Positions 56,013 through 64,000 of a stretch of DNA of 64,000 nt are shown one piece after another. The notes beneath the pieces were generated by a model, which was not told the origin of the DNA, searched no databases, and saw only the letters and a program-made list of their open reading frames with translations. The position numbers and the translations under genes are program-made. How positions within the stretch are numbered: the first letter of the stretch is position 1; each line of letters opens with the position of its first letter. The stretch comes from a virus (lineage: Duplodnaviria; Caudoviricetes): the IMG/VR virus record IMGVR_UViG_3300036794_000053, positions 42,198 through 106,197 of that record; one strand, written 5' to 3'.

Positions 56013-56210
56013 TTACCACGCGAATCTCTGAGCCTCCCGGCAACGCCGATCAGTGTGCTCCACATTAGTGCTGTACTCGAACCACACGGACTGCCCCTCG
56101 GTGTGGGCTGCCTCCATGCCCCGCCGCGGGAAGCCGTCGGGCGGCACGACCACCGGGTACAGCAGCCGGTCACATTGCTCACAACGGTGCGTGTCCAACG
56201 GGACCATCAC
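56013..56210 (-). CDS. Small Zn-binding hypothetical protein
   Basis: CEQC...H....C; coupled to neighbours. Confidence 0.55.
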   Translation of the reverse strand: MMVPLDTHRCEQCDRLLYPVVVPPDGFPRRGMEAAHTEGQSVWFEYSTNVEHTDRRCREAQRFAW

Positions 56211-56554
56211 GACTTCTCTTTCTTCCGCCGCCGCGTCTGCTGGGCGAGCCGCACCATGCGGCCAATCTCAAGCACCTCGCACAGCGTGTACAACGTCGCG
56301 TCCCAGGCCAGCGTGTCCGTGTCGATGTATATGCCGGGTGGGTGCGTGACCCCAATGACCACGATTGCGGCGACGATGAGCGCCCAGACGACCGCGAGGA
56401 TGGATGCGGTGGTCCACACGATCCACGCCCCGACCGCGCCCCGACGATACGCGAGGCTTCCCGCGAAATCGACCACCATCAAAGTCCAGAGCATCGCGGT
56501 CACGTTGAATACAGAGCTCATTCGCGGAAAGCCTTCGACGTCGGGCGAGTCCAC
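56207..56554 (-). CDS. Membrane protein
   Basis: Three hydrophobic segments, basic tail. Confidence 0.6.
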   Translation of the reverse strand: MDSPDVEGFPRMSSVFNVTAMLWTLMVVDFAGSLAYRRGAVGAWIVWTTASILAVVWALIVAAIVVIGVTHPPGIYIDTDTLAWDATLYTLCEVLEIGRMVRLAQQTRRRKKEKS

Positions 56555-56787
56555 AGATATCCATTGCCGGCAGCCATCCCCACCTCCATCACATCGACAA
56601 TCTTCGCGGTGTGCTGGCAGCCCATCGCGCGGTACTCAACCTCGCGGGGGAACGATCCCAGCTCCCCATCGCACAGTGCTTGCCGGATAGCGAGCATGCC
56701 GGCCGTGCCGGCGTCGTGCTCGTTAACGCCTTCCACTTCGAGGAAGACCGCGATGGCGACACGGTAGGTTTGCCTAGGGTTGGTCAT
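56518..56787 (-). CDS. Hypothetical protein
   Basis: ATGA coupling. Confidence 0.6.
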   Translation of the reverse strand: MTNPRQTYRVAIAVFLEVEGVNEHDAGTAGMLAIRQALCDGELGSFPREVEYRAMGCQHTAKIVDVMEVGMAAGNGYLWTRPTSKAFRE

Positions 56788-57098
56788 CGCTGCTCCATGA
56801 ACACGTGCCGCAGAACTTTCCGAACGGTCTCGATGTCCACCCCGGTTGCTTTGGCCACCTCGGCGCTTGGGTCGCTGCCTTCCGGGCGCCGAGCGAACGG
56901 CGGCTCCGGATACTGCGGGTCCAGGTAATCCTGTTCCATGCGATTCAAGTCGCCGATCAACATGCGTTGGTCGGCTTCAACATAGGATGGCAGCACATTC
57001 GACCCTGGATGCCAGTACGGGTCGCGGTCGCCGGCGGGCTTCCGGTACAACAGGTTGTTGCGGTGACGCATCCGCTGGTACGTCATCCATCCGCCCAT
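56784..57098 (-). CDS. Hypothetical protein with C-terminal HTH-like segment
   Basis: 'AEVAKATGVDIETVRKVL'. Confidence 0.55.
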   Translation of the reverse strand: MGGWMTYQRMRHRNNLLYRKPAGDRDPYWHPGSNVLPSYVEADQRMLIGDLNRMEQDYLDPQYPEPPFARRPEGSDPSAEVAKATGVDIETVRKVLRHVFMEQR

Positions 57099-57243
57099 TT
57101 AGGGCACTTCCTTCCGAATGTCCACCTTGGCCTGGTGTCGGTCGCGGCGGTTCGTGCGCCGTTTCGCCTTACGCCCAGCCCGGATGACCGCGATCGCATC
57201 CGAGTGCCGCGAGAACAACGCAGCCAACTTTTGCACCCAACGG

Positions 57244-57441
57244 TCAGCCATTCAGGAACCGTTCGATCGCGTCCAAGTCCGTCGACTCGAACACCCGCTT
57301 ACCGTCCCGCAGCACCGTGTAGATTCCGTAGTCGACGGCGAGTACATCCCGACGGGGTGTCTTCCGCAGCTCGTATCCCCGCCGCGACGCTGTCCGCCGC
57401 AAACGGGTCTCCTGGACTTTCCTAGCCGATATTTTAGTCAC
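57244..57441 (-). CDS. Hypothetical protein
   Basis: 'ETRLRRTASRRGYELRK..RRD..A.DYG.Y...LDAIERFL'. Confidence 0.65.
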   Translation of the reverse strand: MTKISARKVQETRLRRTASRRGYELRKTPRRDVLAVDYGIYTVLRDGKRVFESTDLDAIERFLNG

Positions 57442-57628
57442 CGGCGACGTCCTTTACGTGTCGGCGCCAATGCAGCTTCGCGGTCTCCTCGAACGGCTGG
57501 CCCTGCAGATCACGGTTCTTCCGCCACCCACCGCACACGCAATACCAGTACGGCTGGCTGACACTCGGGATACCCAGGTGCTCCAGCCCTGAGGTGCCGC
57601 AGCGGTAACGCAACTCGTGCTCAGTCAT
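57434..57628 (-). CDS. Small Zn-finger-like protein
   Basis: 'CVCGGW...HWRRHV'. Confidence 0.55.
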   Translation of the reverse strand: MTEHELRYRCGTSGLEHLGIPSVSQPYWYCVCGGWRKNRDLQGQPFEETAKLHWRRHVKDVAGD

Positions 57629-58007
57629 CTCTCTGACTCCACTTTCTGCGCCAGAACGGACGTATCCTCGGCGGGTCCAGCAACACCCACGGCGCACGGT
57701 ACCCGCCAATCGCACCACACGGACACCGATACGCAACCTCATCCGGCATCCGCACCACGGTCTGCGCCCAGTGCTTGTGCCAGACTGTCGGCGGCGGCGC
57801 TTTCCACCAGTCGACACCGTCTAGATGCCAGACTGGCATCGGTCTGTACTCGTGACCGGAACGCGGCATCCGCATGCGTTCTTGTTCGTAGCGGGGTTCT
57901 TCGCGGACGATCTTCGGTTCGGACATGTCGGGCTGGGCGTCGGCCATCGAAGCACGAATCGTCGCGCCACAGCTTGGGCACTCGATCTCGTGCAGCGGCT
58001 CAGTCAT
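57621..58007 (-). CDS. Hypothetical protein
   Basis: CPSCG and CPCG motifs; GAGGA RBS. Confidence 0.55.
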   Translation of the reverse strand: MTEPLHEIECPSCGATIRASMADAQPDMSEPKIVREEPRYEQERMRMPRSGHEYRPMPVWHLDGVDWWKAPPPTVWHKHWAQTVVRMPDEVAYRCPCGAIGGYRAPWVLLDPPRIRPFWRRKWSQRDD

Positions 58008-58022
58008 GAGGGTTCCTCATTC

Positions 58023-58165
58023 GTGGCCACCGGCTGAGAGTGGCCACAGGGGTATGGCCACCCCCAGCCAGCAGGGGGAGCGATCGTGGCCATTCGGGAG
58101 TGGCCACTCTGGTTGGCCACGGCCATGTACCTGATGACCGTGGCCACAAGCTAGACCGTGGCCAA
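58023..58165. repeat. Cluster of eight TGGCCA palindromes
   Basis: TGGCCA at about 58025, 58041, 58055, 58087, 58101, 58114, 58141, 58159. Confidence 0.75.
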
Positions 58166-58681
58166 CTGGTGGCTGCGGCATCGGGATGCGGTCATCGGGT
58201 GGGCGTGGATGTGCGCGATGTGGCTGTCGCAGAACCTGACCATGCCGCCGGTCGGGATCAACGGCACAGTCTTCTCCGTGAGGTAGGCCCAGCCGACATC
58301 CATCGCCAGCACCACGTCTTCCTCGCTGCGCCAGCCCCGCAGGTTGAAGTACCGCTCCGGATCACGCGACCCTTCGAGGGTGCTCCACATTTGGTTCATG
58401 ACCCACACCAGCGCCTGACGCGGGTCGTAACACGCCGCGCCGCGGGCGATATGTCCCGCCACGAGGGCTCGGGCGAGCCTGGCCTCGTCCTTGACCGGAG
58501 CGTCAAACCGCGCCAGGTGCCAGTGGGTGATCCCGAACTTGCGCCACGCGAAGGTGTCGATCAGCCCTTCGGCGTAGCGCTCGATGAACCGGTCGGGAAG
58601 TGTCAACGGGTTGGGGTGTCGGGACGGAGAGGGGAGTGGCGAACAGCGCAGGGTAGGGCTGTCGGTTGGTTTGTCAGTCAT
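58151..58681 (-). CDS. Hypothetical protein
   Basis: ATGA coupling with the upstream ORF. Confidence 0.6.
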   Translation of the reverse strand: MTDKPTDSPTLRCSPLPSPSRHPNPLTLPDRFIERYAEGLIDTFAWRKFGITHWHLARFDAPVKDEARLARALVAGHIARGAACYDPRQALVWVMNQMWSTLEGSRDPERYFNLRGWRSEEDVVLAMDVGWAYLTEKTVPLIPTGGMVRFCDSHIAHIHAHPMTASRCRSHQLATV

Positions 58682-58878
58682 GCTCGGGCTCCCGCATGCT
58701 CCTCCTCCAGGAGGTTGATCACTTTTGCGAGCATGTAGTGAAGCTGGTTCAGGTTCCGAATCCGTGACCCGCGTGCGTTGGGCAACTCTTCTTGCAGCCA
58801 CTCGTCGTACAGCTGGATGCCGGCGATCAATCTGGGCCCGAGGGTGGATCGGTCGACTCCTGCTAGTGAGTTCGTCAT
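58678..58878 (-). CDS. Hypothetical protein
   Basis: AGGAGG RBS; first gene of the leftward operon. Confidence 0.65.
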   Translation of the reverse strand: MTNSLAGVDRSTLGPRLIAGIQLYDEWLQEELPNARGSRIRNLNQLHYMLAKVINLLEEEHAGARA

Positions 58879-59071
58879 GGCTTGCTGGTCCTCCTAGTAG
58901 GACGCAGAAGGCGTTGGGATGACCTTGCTAACACTGACAGTGACGATAAGTCAACTCGGGGACACGATCGTGAACACGGTGTGAATCTGATGTAGTGCGA
59001 TCGTGTGCTTCAGTTCCATCATGGCGAACGCCAGAGTGTAACTGTGGCACTACTGTGGCACACTGGTCTGT

Positions 59072-60496
59072 ATGATAAAACCCCAGCTCACACGTGCCGT
59101 GATCTACGTACGCATCTCAAGGGACAAGACCGGACACCACCTCGGCGTCAAGCGCCAAGAGGTCGAGTGCCGCGATCTTGCCACGCGCCTCGGCGTGACC
59201 GTGGCCGAGGTCTTCGTCGACAACGATATGTCGGCTTATAGCGGCAAGCCTCGAAAGGATTACCTCCGCATGCTCGCCGGTCTCGAAGCCGGGCAGGCGT
59301 CCATGGTGATCACGTGGCACACCGATCGGCTGCACAGAAGTCCCAAAGAACTGGAAGGATATATCGACGTTTGCGAGGCGCACGGTGTCACCACGTACAC
59401 CGTTAAGGCCGGCGAGATCGATCTGTCCACTCCATCTGGGCGTGCCATGGCGCGTACGTTGGGTGCTTGGGCGCGATACGAGAGCGAGCACAAGTCCGAG
59501 CGCGTGCAGTCGAAGAAGCACCAGACTGCGCTGGCCGGCGACTACTCCGGTGGCCCGCGCCCCTTCGGGTACCAACGGTTAGAAGACGGCGGCCTGGCCC
59601 TGCTCCCGTTTGAGGCGGGTGCCGTTCGACGTGCATACGACGCCATCCTCCAAGGCGCCAGTCTTCGCGGCGTCATCCGCATGTTCGACGAGATGGGCAT
59701 GCGGACGACCATCAAGGGCGCACAGTGGAAGACCACGACGGTCAGGCCGATGCTGCTACGTCCGCGTCTTGCAGGGTTGCGTCAGCACAAAGGCGAGATC
59801 ATCGGTAACGGTAACTGGCCGGCGATCGTGTCACCCGAGGAGTTTTACGCCGTCCGCGCCATCCTTACCGACCCCCGTCGGACTACCCGCCGAGTCGGCG
59901 CGCAGCCTCGCTGGCTCGGATCGATGATCTACCGATGTGGGGTATGCGGGGAGGTCCTCCGGGTCGCGTCGAGCGGCAACCCTCCCAGGCCTGTCTACTG
60001 GTGTAAGTCGGAATCGCAGCGGGCTGGGCGCCACGTGACCCGAAGCGTCGACCACCTGGACGCTTTCATCGTGGAAGAACTGTTGCTGGAGTTGGAGCGG
60101 CCCGAGGCCGCCGAGCGGTTCGCCCCCGAGCCTGCGTCAGGTGTGGACACCGCCTCCTTGCGGAACCAAATCGTGGTGTTGAAGGCGAAGGCCGAGTCGG
60201 CCGCCGCCAAGTGGGGCCAGGACTCGATATCCGAGGAAGTGTTCGACCTGGTTATGGCGGAGGTCCGTCCTCAGATCAAGGCGTTGGAGATGCAGCTTGC
60301 GGCAGCGGCTGCCTTCTCTCCGGCTGCCGCGCTGGTGACGTCTGGGGATGTCCGCGCGGCCTGGAAGTCCTACGACCTTGACCGGCGGCGGGCGGTGTTG
60401 CGCGAGGTGGTCACCGTGACCGTGATGCCTGTTGGCCGGCGCGGTGGCCGTTTCGATCCGACGGCCATTAAGCGGGAGTGGCACGGCCGCCGCTAG
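59072..60496 (+). CDS. int: Large serine recombinase (integrase)
   Basis: 'AVIYVRISRD', 'DNDMSAY', 'DRLHRS', 'GGPRPFGY', Zn ribbon 'CGVCG...YWC', coiled coil. Confidence 0.95.
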   Translation: MIKPQLTRAVIYVRISRDKTGHHLGVKRQEVECRDLATRLGVTVAEVFVDNDMSAYSGKPRKDYLRMLAGLEAGQASMVITWHTDRLHRSPKELEGYIDVCEAHGVTTYTVKAGEIDLSTPSGRAMARTLGAWARYESEHKSERVQSKKHQTALAGDYSGGPRPFGYQRLEDGGLALLPFEAGAVRRAYDAILQGASLRGVIRMFDEMGMRTTIKGAQWKTTTVRPMLLRPRLAGLRQHKGEIIGNGNWPAIVSPEEFYAVRAILTDPRRTTRRVGAQPRWLGSMIYRCGVCGEVLRVASSGNPPRPVYWCKSESQRAGRHVTRSVDHLDAFIVEELLLELERPEAAERFAPEPASGVDTASLRNQIVVLKAKAESAAAKWGQDSISEEVFDLVMAEVRPQIKALEMQLAAAAAFSPAAALVTSGDVRAAWKSYDLDRRRAVLREVVTVTVMPVGRRGGRFDPTAIKREWHGRR

Positions 60497-61009
60497 GGTT
60501 GGCCGTGAGGGGCTGTGGCCATCCCGTGCGGGTGGTGGCCGCGGCCCCTTCTTTGTGGCCGTTGGTCGTGGCCGCCGCTGGTGGCCACTGTTCCTCCTTG
60601 TTGGGATGATCTTGCGTGGGGTGTGGAGACTGCCACCCCGAGTGATCGTTTGGCCAGTGCCGAACGGGTGATTGGATCACTACTCACCTGTTCGAGTTAT
60701 CGGCTGGCAACTTATTTCGGGCGTCGAAGTGGGCCATTCCCGTATCTCTAAATGAATCTGGAAGCGTGGCTATGCCGAGCCGTCAGACTCTACGGGTGCG
60801 TGGCCATCTCCCAGTCTTTATGCACGGCGTGTCGTGGGCGTTCCCCCATTCGTGGGACAGTTCCGCTGAGTCACCCGCCAAGTGATATAACTGCGGTGAG
60901 CTCGTATTTCTGTGATTTTTCTGTACTCCCTGTATGGTCGCGGACGCAGGCAAATGGCCCGGGAATCGCCTTAGGCAATTTGACCCGCTCTGAATTCTCT
61001 GCTTAGGCT

Positions 61010-61288
61010 TTGACCACTATGAGAGACAGGCGCTGCAGGGGACACACCCTCAAGACCCTTCGCCGGGAAGCAATGGTCACGGTGCAGGAGCTAGCCGAAG
61101 AGGTAGGAATCAAACCCAACTACCTCAACAACATCGAAGGCGGCTACGACCAACCAGGCGACGGCACCGCCTTCCGACTAGCCCACGCACTAACCGACAA
61201 GCTCGGCCGCACCATCACGTTCGACGATTTCTCCGATCCGATTGTCCTACCGCGCTCCCCACGGCAGGACAATCACCACGCAGCATGA
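61010..61288 (+). CDS. Cro/XRE-like HTH regulator
   Basis: 'LKTLRREAMVTVQELAEEVGIKPNYLNNIEGG'. Confidence 0.85.
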   Translation: MTTMRDRRCRGHTLKTLRREAMVTVQELAEEVGIKPNYLNNIEGGYDQPGDGTAFRLAHALTDKLGRTITFDDFSDPIVLPRSPRQDNHHAA

Positions 61289-61503
61289 GCCCAGACCCCG
61301 ACGGCATCGAGCGCCCTCACTGGGACCATCTGACGCCAAAGCAACGCCGTGAAATGTGGGACCTCATCGAGACCCACGCACGTCCCTTCCTGCAGCCACG
61401 CACCAGGTTGTCGGAGGAAACCCTCGATCGGCTCAGCGCGTTGATCCGCCGATTCCGCATCGAGGACGCACACAAGAGCACAGACAACAGAGAGGCCAGC
61501 TGA
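61285..61503 (+). CDS. Hypothetical protein
   Basis: ATGA coupling. Confidence 0.6.
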   Translation: MSPDPDGIERPHWDHLTPKQRREMWDLIETHARPFLQPRTRLSEETLDRLSALIRRFRIEDAHKSTDNREAS

Positions 61504-61505
61504 CA

Positions 61506-62405
61506 GTGGCTGCGGTTGAAATCGCCGACGGCGGGAAAGTCATATGGGGGCCCTTGACCGACGTCAAGGTGCACCCAGCCGCAACACTGTTCCCGCTCCT
61601 CGAAGGCCCCGAATTCGAGGCACTCGTCGAAGACATCCGCGTGAACGGGCTCCACGAACCCATCGTGTACACCCCAGACCGGCAGCTACTAGACGGGCGG
61701 AATCGGTACTGCGCGTGCAAGCAGATCGGTGTGACACCGCAGTCCAAGGTGGTCAACCTCGAACCGTGGGCGTACGTCATCTCCACGAACATGCGGCGCC
61801 GGCACCTCACGGATAGCCAGCGGCAGATGGTTGCCGCAAAGTTCGCCGAGCGCATGGCGGGACGGCCGCGGAAAATTCGGCCAATTGGCCGAATTAATGA
61901 AGAAACCGCTGATCAGCCGCCCACGCAGGAGGAAGCGGCGGAACTCCTCAACGTCAATCCCCGCAGCGCACGCCGAGCGCGGACCGTGGTCAGGCGCGGC
62001 ACTACGGCACTGAACAACGCCGCGTATGACAACAAGGTCTCGGTGTCTAAGGCCGCGGAGATCGCCAAGCTTTCCGTTGAGGAACAGAACGAGTGGGTCG
62101 CGCAAGTCAACCGAGGCGCCGATTCACGGCGGCTACCTGTGCCGCACGCGGAACCGCAGGAACCGCCGAGGCGGATGGGTCATAGTCCGGATCGGCATAA
62201 GTGGGTCCGCGCGTCGTCCTTCCACGAAGTCATCGCGCTCCTTGAAGGCCTCGGGCTGGTACTTGACGGCGCAACGAACGGACTCGATCCGCACATCAGT
62301 CCCCTGGACGCCGAGTATTTGGAGTCCAGTCTCACCAAAGCACACGGCTCCTATAGCCGTGCGTTGAAACTCCTCAGAGCAAGGATGAAGGAACCCGCAC
62401 AATGA
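61506..62405 (+). CDS. ParB/Srx-like N-terminal domain plus HTH protein
   Basis: 'HPAATLFP', 'LVEDIRVNGLHEPI', 'LLDGRNR', 'NMRRRHLT', 'TQEEAAELLNV'. Confidence 0.85.
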   Translation: MAAVEIADGGKVIWGPLTDVKVHPAATLFPLLEGPEFEALVEDIRVNGLHEPIVYTPDRQLLDGRNRYCACKQIGVTPQSKVVNLEPWAYVISTNMRRRHLTDSQRQMVAAKFAERMAGRPRKIRPIGRINEETADQPPTQEEAAELLNVNPRSARRARTVVRRGTTALNNAAYDNKVSVSKAAEIAKLSVEEQNEWVAQVNRGADSRRLPVPHAEPQEPPRRMGHSPDRHKWVRASSFHEVIALLEGLGLVLDGATNGLDPHISPLDAEYLESSLTKAHGSYSRALKLLRARMKEPAQ

Positions 62406-63199
62406 GTCACTACGAGATTCTGAACGTAGCCGCTGACAAGCTGATCGTAGATACCACGGTCCAGCGTGACTACATCGACAGGCGGCGAGTAGAGAAGATC
62501 GCCGCAGCCTACGACCCCGACGCGTTGGGTGTGCTCATCGTGTCCGACCGCGCCAACGGCACCATGCACATTGTTGATGGTGCGCATCGCCGGGCGGCCA
62601 CTCAGCTCGCGGTCGGGGACGACGCGAAACTGCAATGCAAGGTGTACTACGGCCTGACCCGCGCGGAAGAGGCGTCGATGTTCCGCGCCCTCAACACCAC
62701 CCGCACCGTGTCCGCGCTGGATAAGTTTAGGGTTCGCATCATCGAGGGCGATATCGCGGCGGTGCAGATCAGCAAGGTGCTGGAACGGTACGGCTGGAAG
62801 ATTCAGCTGGCCCGCACCACCGGCTCCTTCAACGCCGTCTCGGCCATCGAAGAGGTCTACTCGGGTGGCCGACTCGGCCAGGAACGCAACGTTGGTGTGG
62901 TGGAGACCCTGGTTTCGGTTCTGGGGCAGGCGTGGGGTCCTACCCCTGATGGGGTGCGGCGGGAGATCGTGTCGGGCGTCGGATCGATCCTGCTGCGCCA
63001 CGGCAACGGGGTTGACCTGCCGAAGTTGACGACTGAGTTGTCGCAGTACAGCGGCGGCCCGCTTGCTCTGTTGGGTGCGGCGCGTGGTTTGCAGAAGCAC
63101 CGTGGTGGTCGGGTCAGCGATTCAATGGCGGAGATCGTGATTGGTTTGATCAACAAGGGCCGCCGCACCAATAAGTTGCCTGACTGGCGCGAGGACTAA
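62402..63199 (+). CDS. ParB-like protein (DUF6551-like)
   Basis: 'VQR...VEKIAAAYDPDALGVLIVS.R', 'IVDGAHR', 'EEASMFRALN'. Confidence 0.8.
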   Translation: MSHYEILNVAADKLIVDTTVQRDYIDRRRVEKIAAAYDPDALGVLIVSDRANGTMHIVDGAHRRAATQLAVGDDAKLQCKVYYGLTRAEEASMFRALNTTRTVSALDKFRVRIIEGDIAAVQISKVLERYGWKIQLARTTGSFNAVSAIEEVYSGGRLGQERNVGVVETLVSVLGQAWGPTPDGVRREIVSGVGSILLRHGNGVDLPKLTTELSQYSGGPLALLGAARGLQKHRGGRVSDSMAEIVIGLINKGRRTNKLPDWRED

Positions 63200-63268
63200 G
63201 AAGCACCCGCACGGAAATGTTTTCGCCACACAACAATCCGCAGTATCCATTCCCAGGAGACGACTGCC

Positions 63269-63805
63269 ATGAGCAGGGACTTCCATGTAGAGATGCGTAA
63301 GCTGATCGACGAGGCTATCGGCCGCGGCCCCTACGTGCCACGCAAGTTGGCCACGGAGATCGTGGAGAAGCTGCGGGCCACTGACCCTGAGCTGCTGGAA
63401 GGGTGGTTGGCTGAGCAGGCCGAACACTTCATCTGGCAGGCGATCAATGATCGAGACAGGGCCGTTCGGGCGCATCTTCGTCACACCCATATGCGTGGGG
63501 TGTTCGCCGACGCCGCCCAAAAGTTCGAACAGGGCGACAAGAAAGCCCTTGAGGACTTCCTCGGTATGCCGTTCACCATAGCCGACGGTTCACGCCACCG
63601 ACTTGAAGAACTCAAACGCGACGATCTACTATATGTGGGGGATCGGTATGAGCAGCGTGAACGCCAAAACGGAATGATGAAAATCTTCATGCGGGAGCTC
63701 GCAAAAAAGGTCGGCAATTCAACAGTCGGCCAGGTCTACACAAACGAGCAGCTCAAGCAGATGTTCGATTCATTCGGTTTAGGAGGTGACATTCCCAGCG
63801 GCTGA
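63269..63805 (+). CDS. Hypothetical protein directly upstream of the pentamer array
   Basis: AGGAG RBS; 178-aa helical protein. Confidence 0.75.
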   Translation: MSRDFHVEMRKLIDEAIGRGPYVPRKLATEIVEKLRATDPELLEGWLAEQAEHFIWQAINDRDRAVRAHLRHTHMRGVFADAAQKFEQGDKKALEDFLGMPFTIADGSRHRLEELKRDDLLYVGDRYEQRERQNGMMKIFMRELAKKVGNSTVGQVYTNEQLKQMFDSFGLGGDIPSG

Positions 63806-63809
63806 CAAA

Positions 63810-64000
63810 CGACAGGCCTTGCCACGCCCACCCCCGTCCCGCCCCGCCCCGACTACCCAGCCCAACCCTCGCCAGCCCAGCTCGTTCCGACTTCCCACGC
63901 CCACCCCCCACAGCCCAGTCCGCCCCGACATTCCGTTCCTGCCCTTGCCAACCCCCTCCCCTCCCGACGACCCGGTCCAAGTTCAGCCCTACCCTCTCCG
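63810..64000. repeat. Nested repeat array: ~38-nt units of GAC+(NNNCC)x7, truncated by the window edge
   Basis: CGAC at 63810, 63850, 63888, 63926, 63965; between them, pentamers nearly all ending in CC. Confidence 0.85.

Noticed and set aside
1-64000. Prophage boundaries or host genes
   Set aside because: No housekeeping synteny; ruvB, the sortase and rsr are embedded in phage operons and int is internal

Overview
The whole window is a GC-rich temperate actinobacteriophage (siphovirus-type) genome segment; no host chromosome is evident. Left to right: probable terminase small subunit and excisionase-like HTH; a leftward accessory operon (~2-9.2 kb: tyrosine recombinase, glycosylase-like protein, class II glutamine amidotransferase + amidoligase, solo RuvB-like ATPase) with a ~900-bp regulatory leader (rrn-like boxA, CRP-type palindrome, five 22-23-bp-spaced repeats); small genes and a DEDDh exonuclease; the virion operon (TerL, portal, MuF-like, protease/scaffold, large MCP, connectors, major tail, frameshifted tail chaperones, TWO tandem paralogous tape-measure-like genes, minor tail/fibre genes); a lysis region containing a class F sortase; a leftward Ro60/TROVE gene; small genes; a large serine integrase; Cro-like HTH and two ParB-like genes. 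The two best candidates for an undescribed system are (1) an array of eight Y-RNA-like genes (53.9-54.9 kb) directly upstream of the phage Ro60 gene, sharing a Ro-binding stem but carrying different, partly tRNA-mimicking, payload domains, and (2) a nested repeat array at the right edge (63.8-64.0 kb) built of ~38-nt units of GAC+(NNNCC)x7, which looks like a coded guide or binding-site array. All family assignments come from motif recognition by eye; no searches were run.
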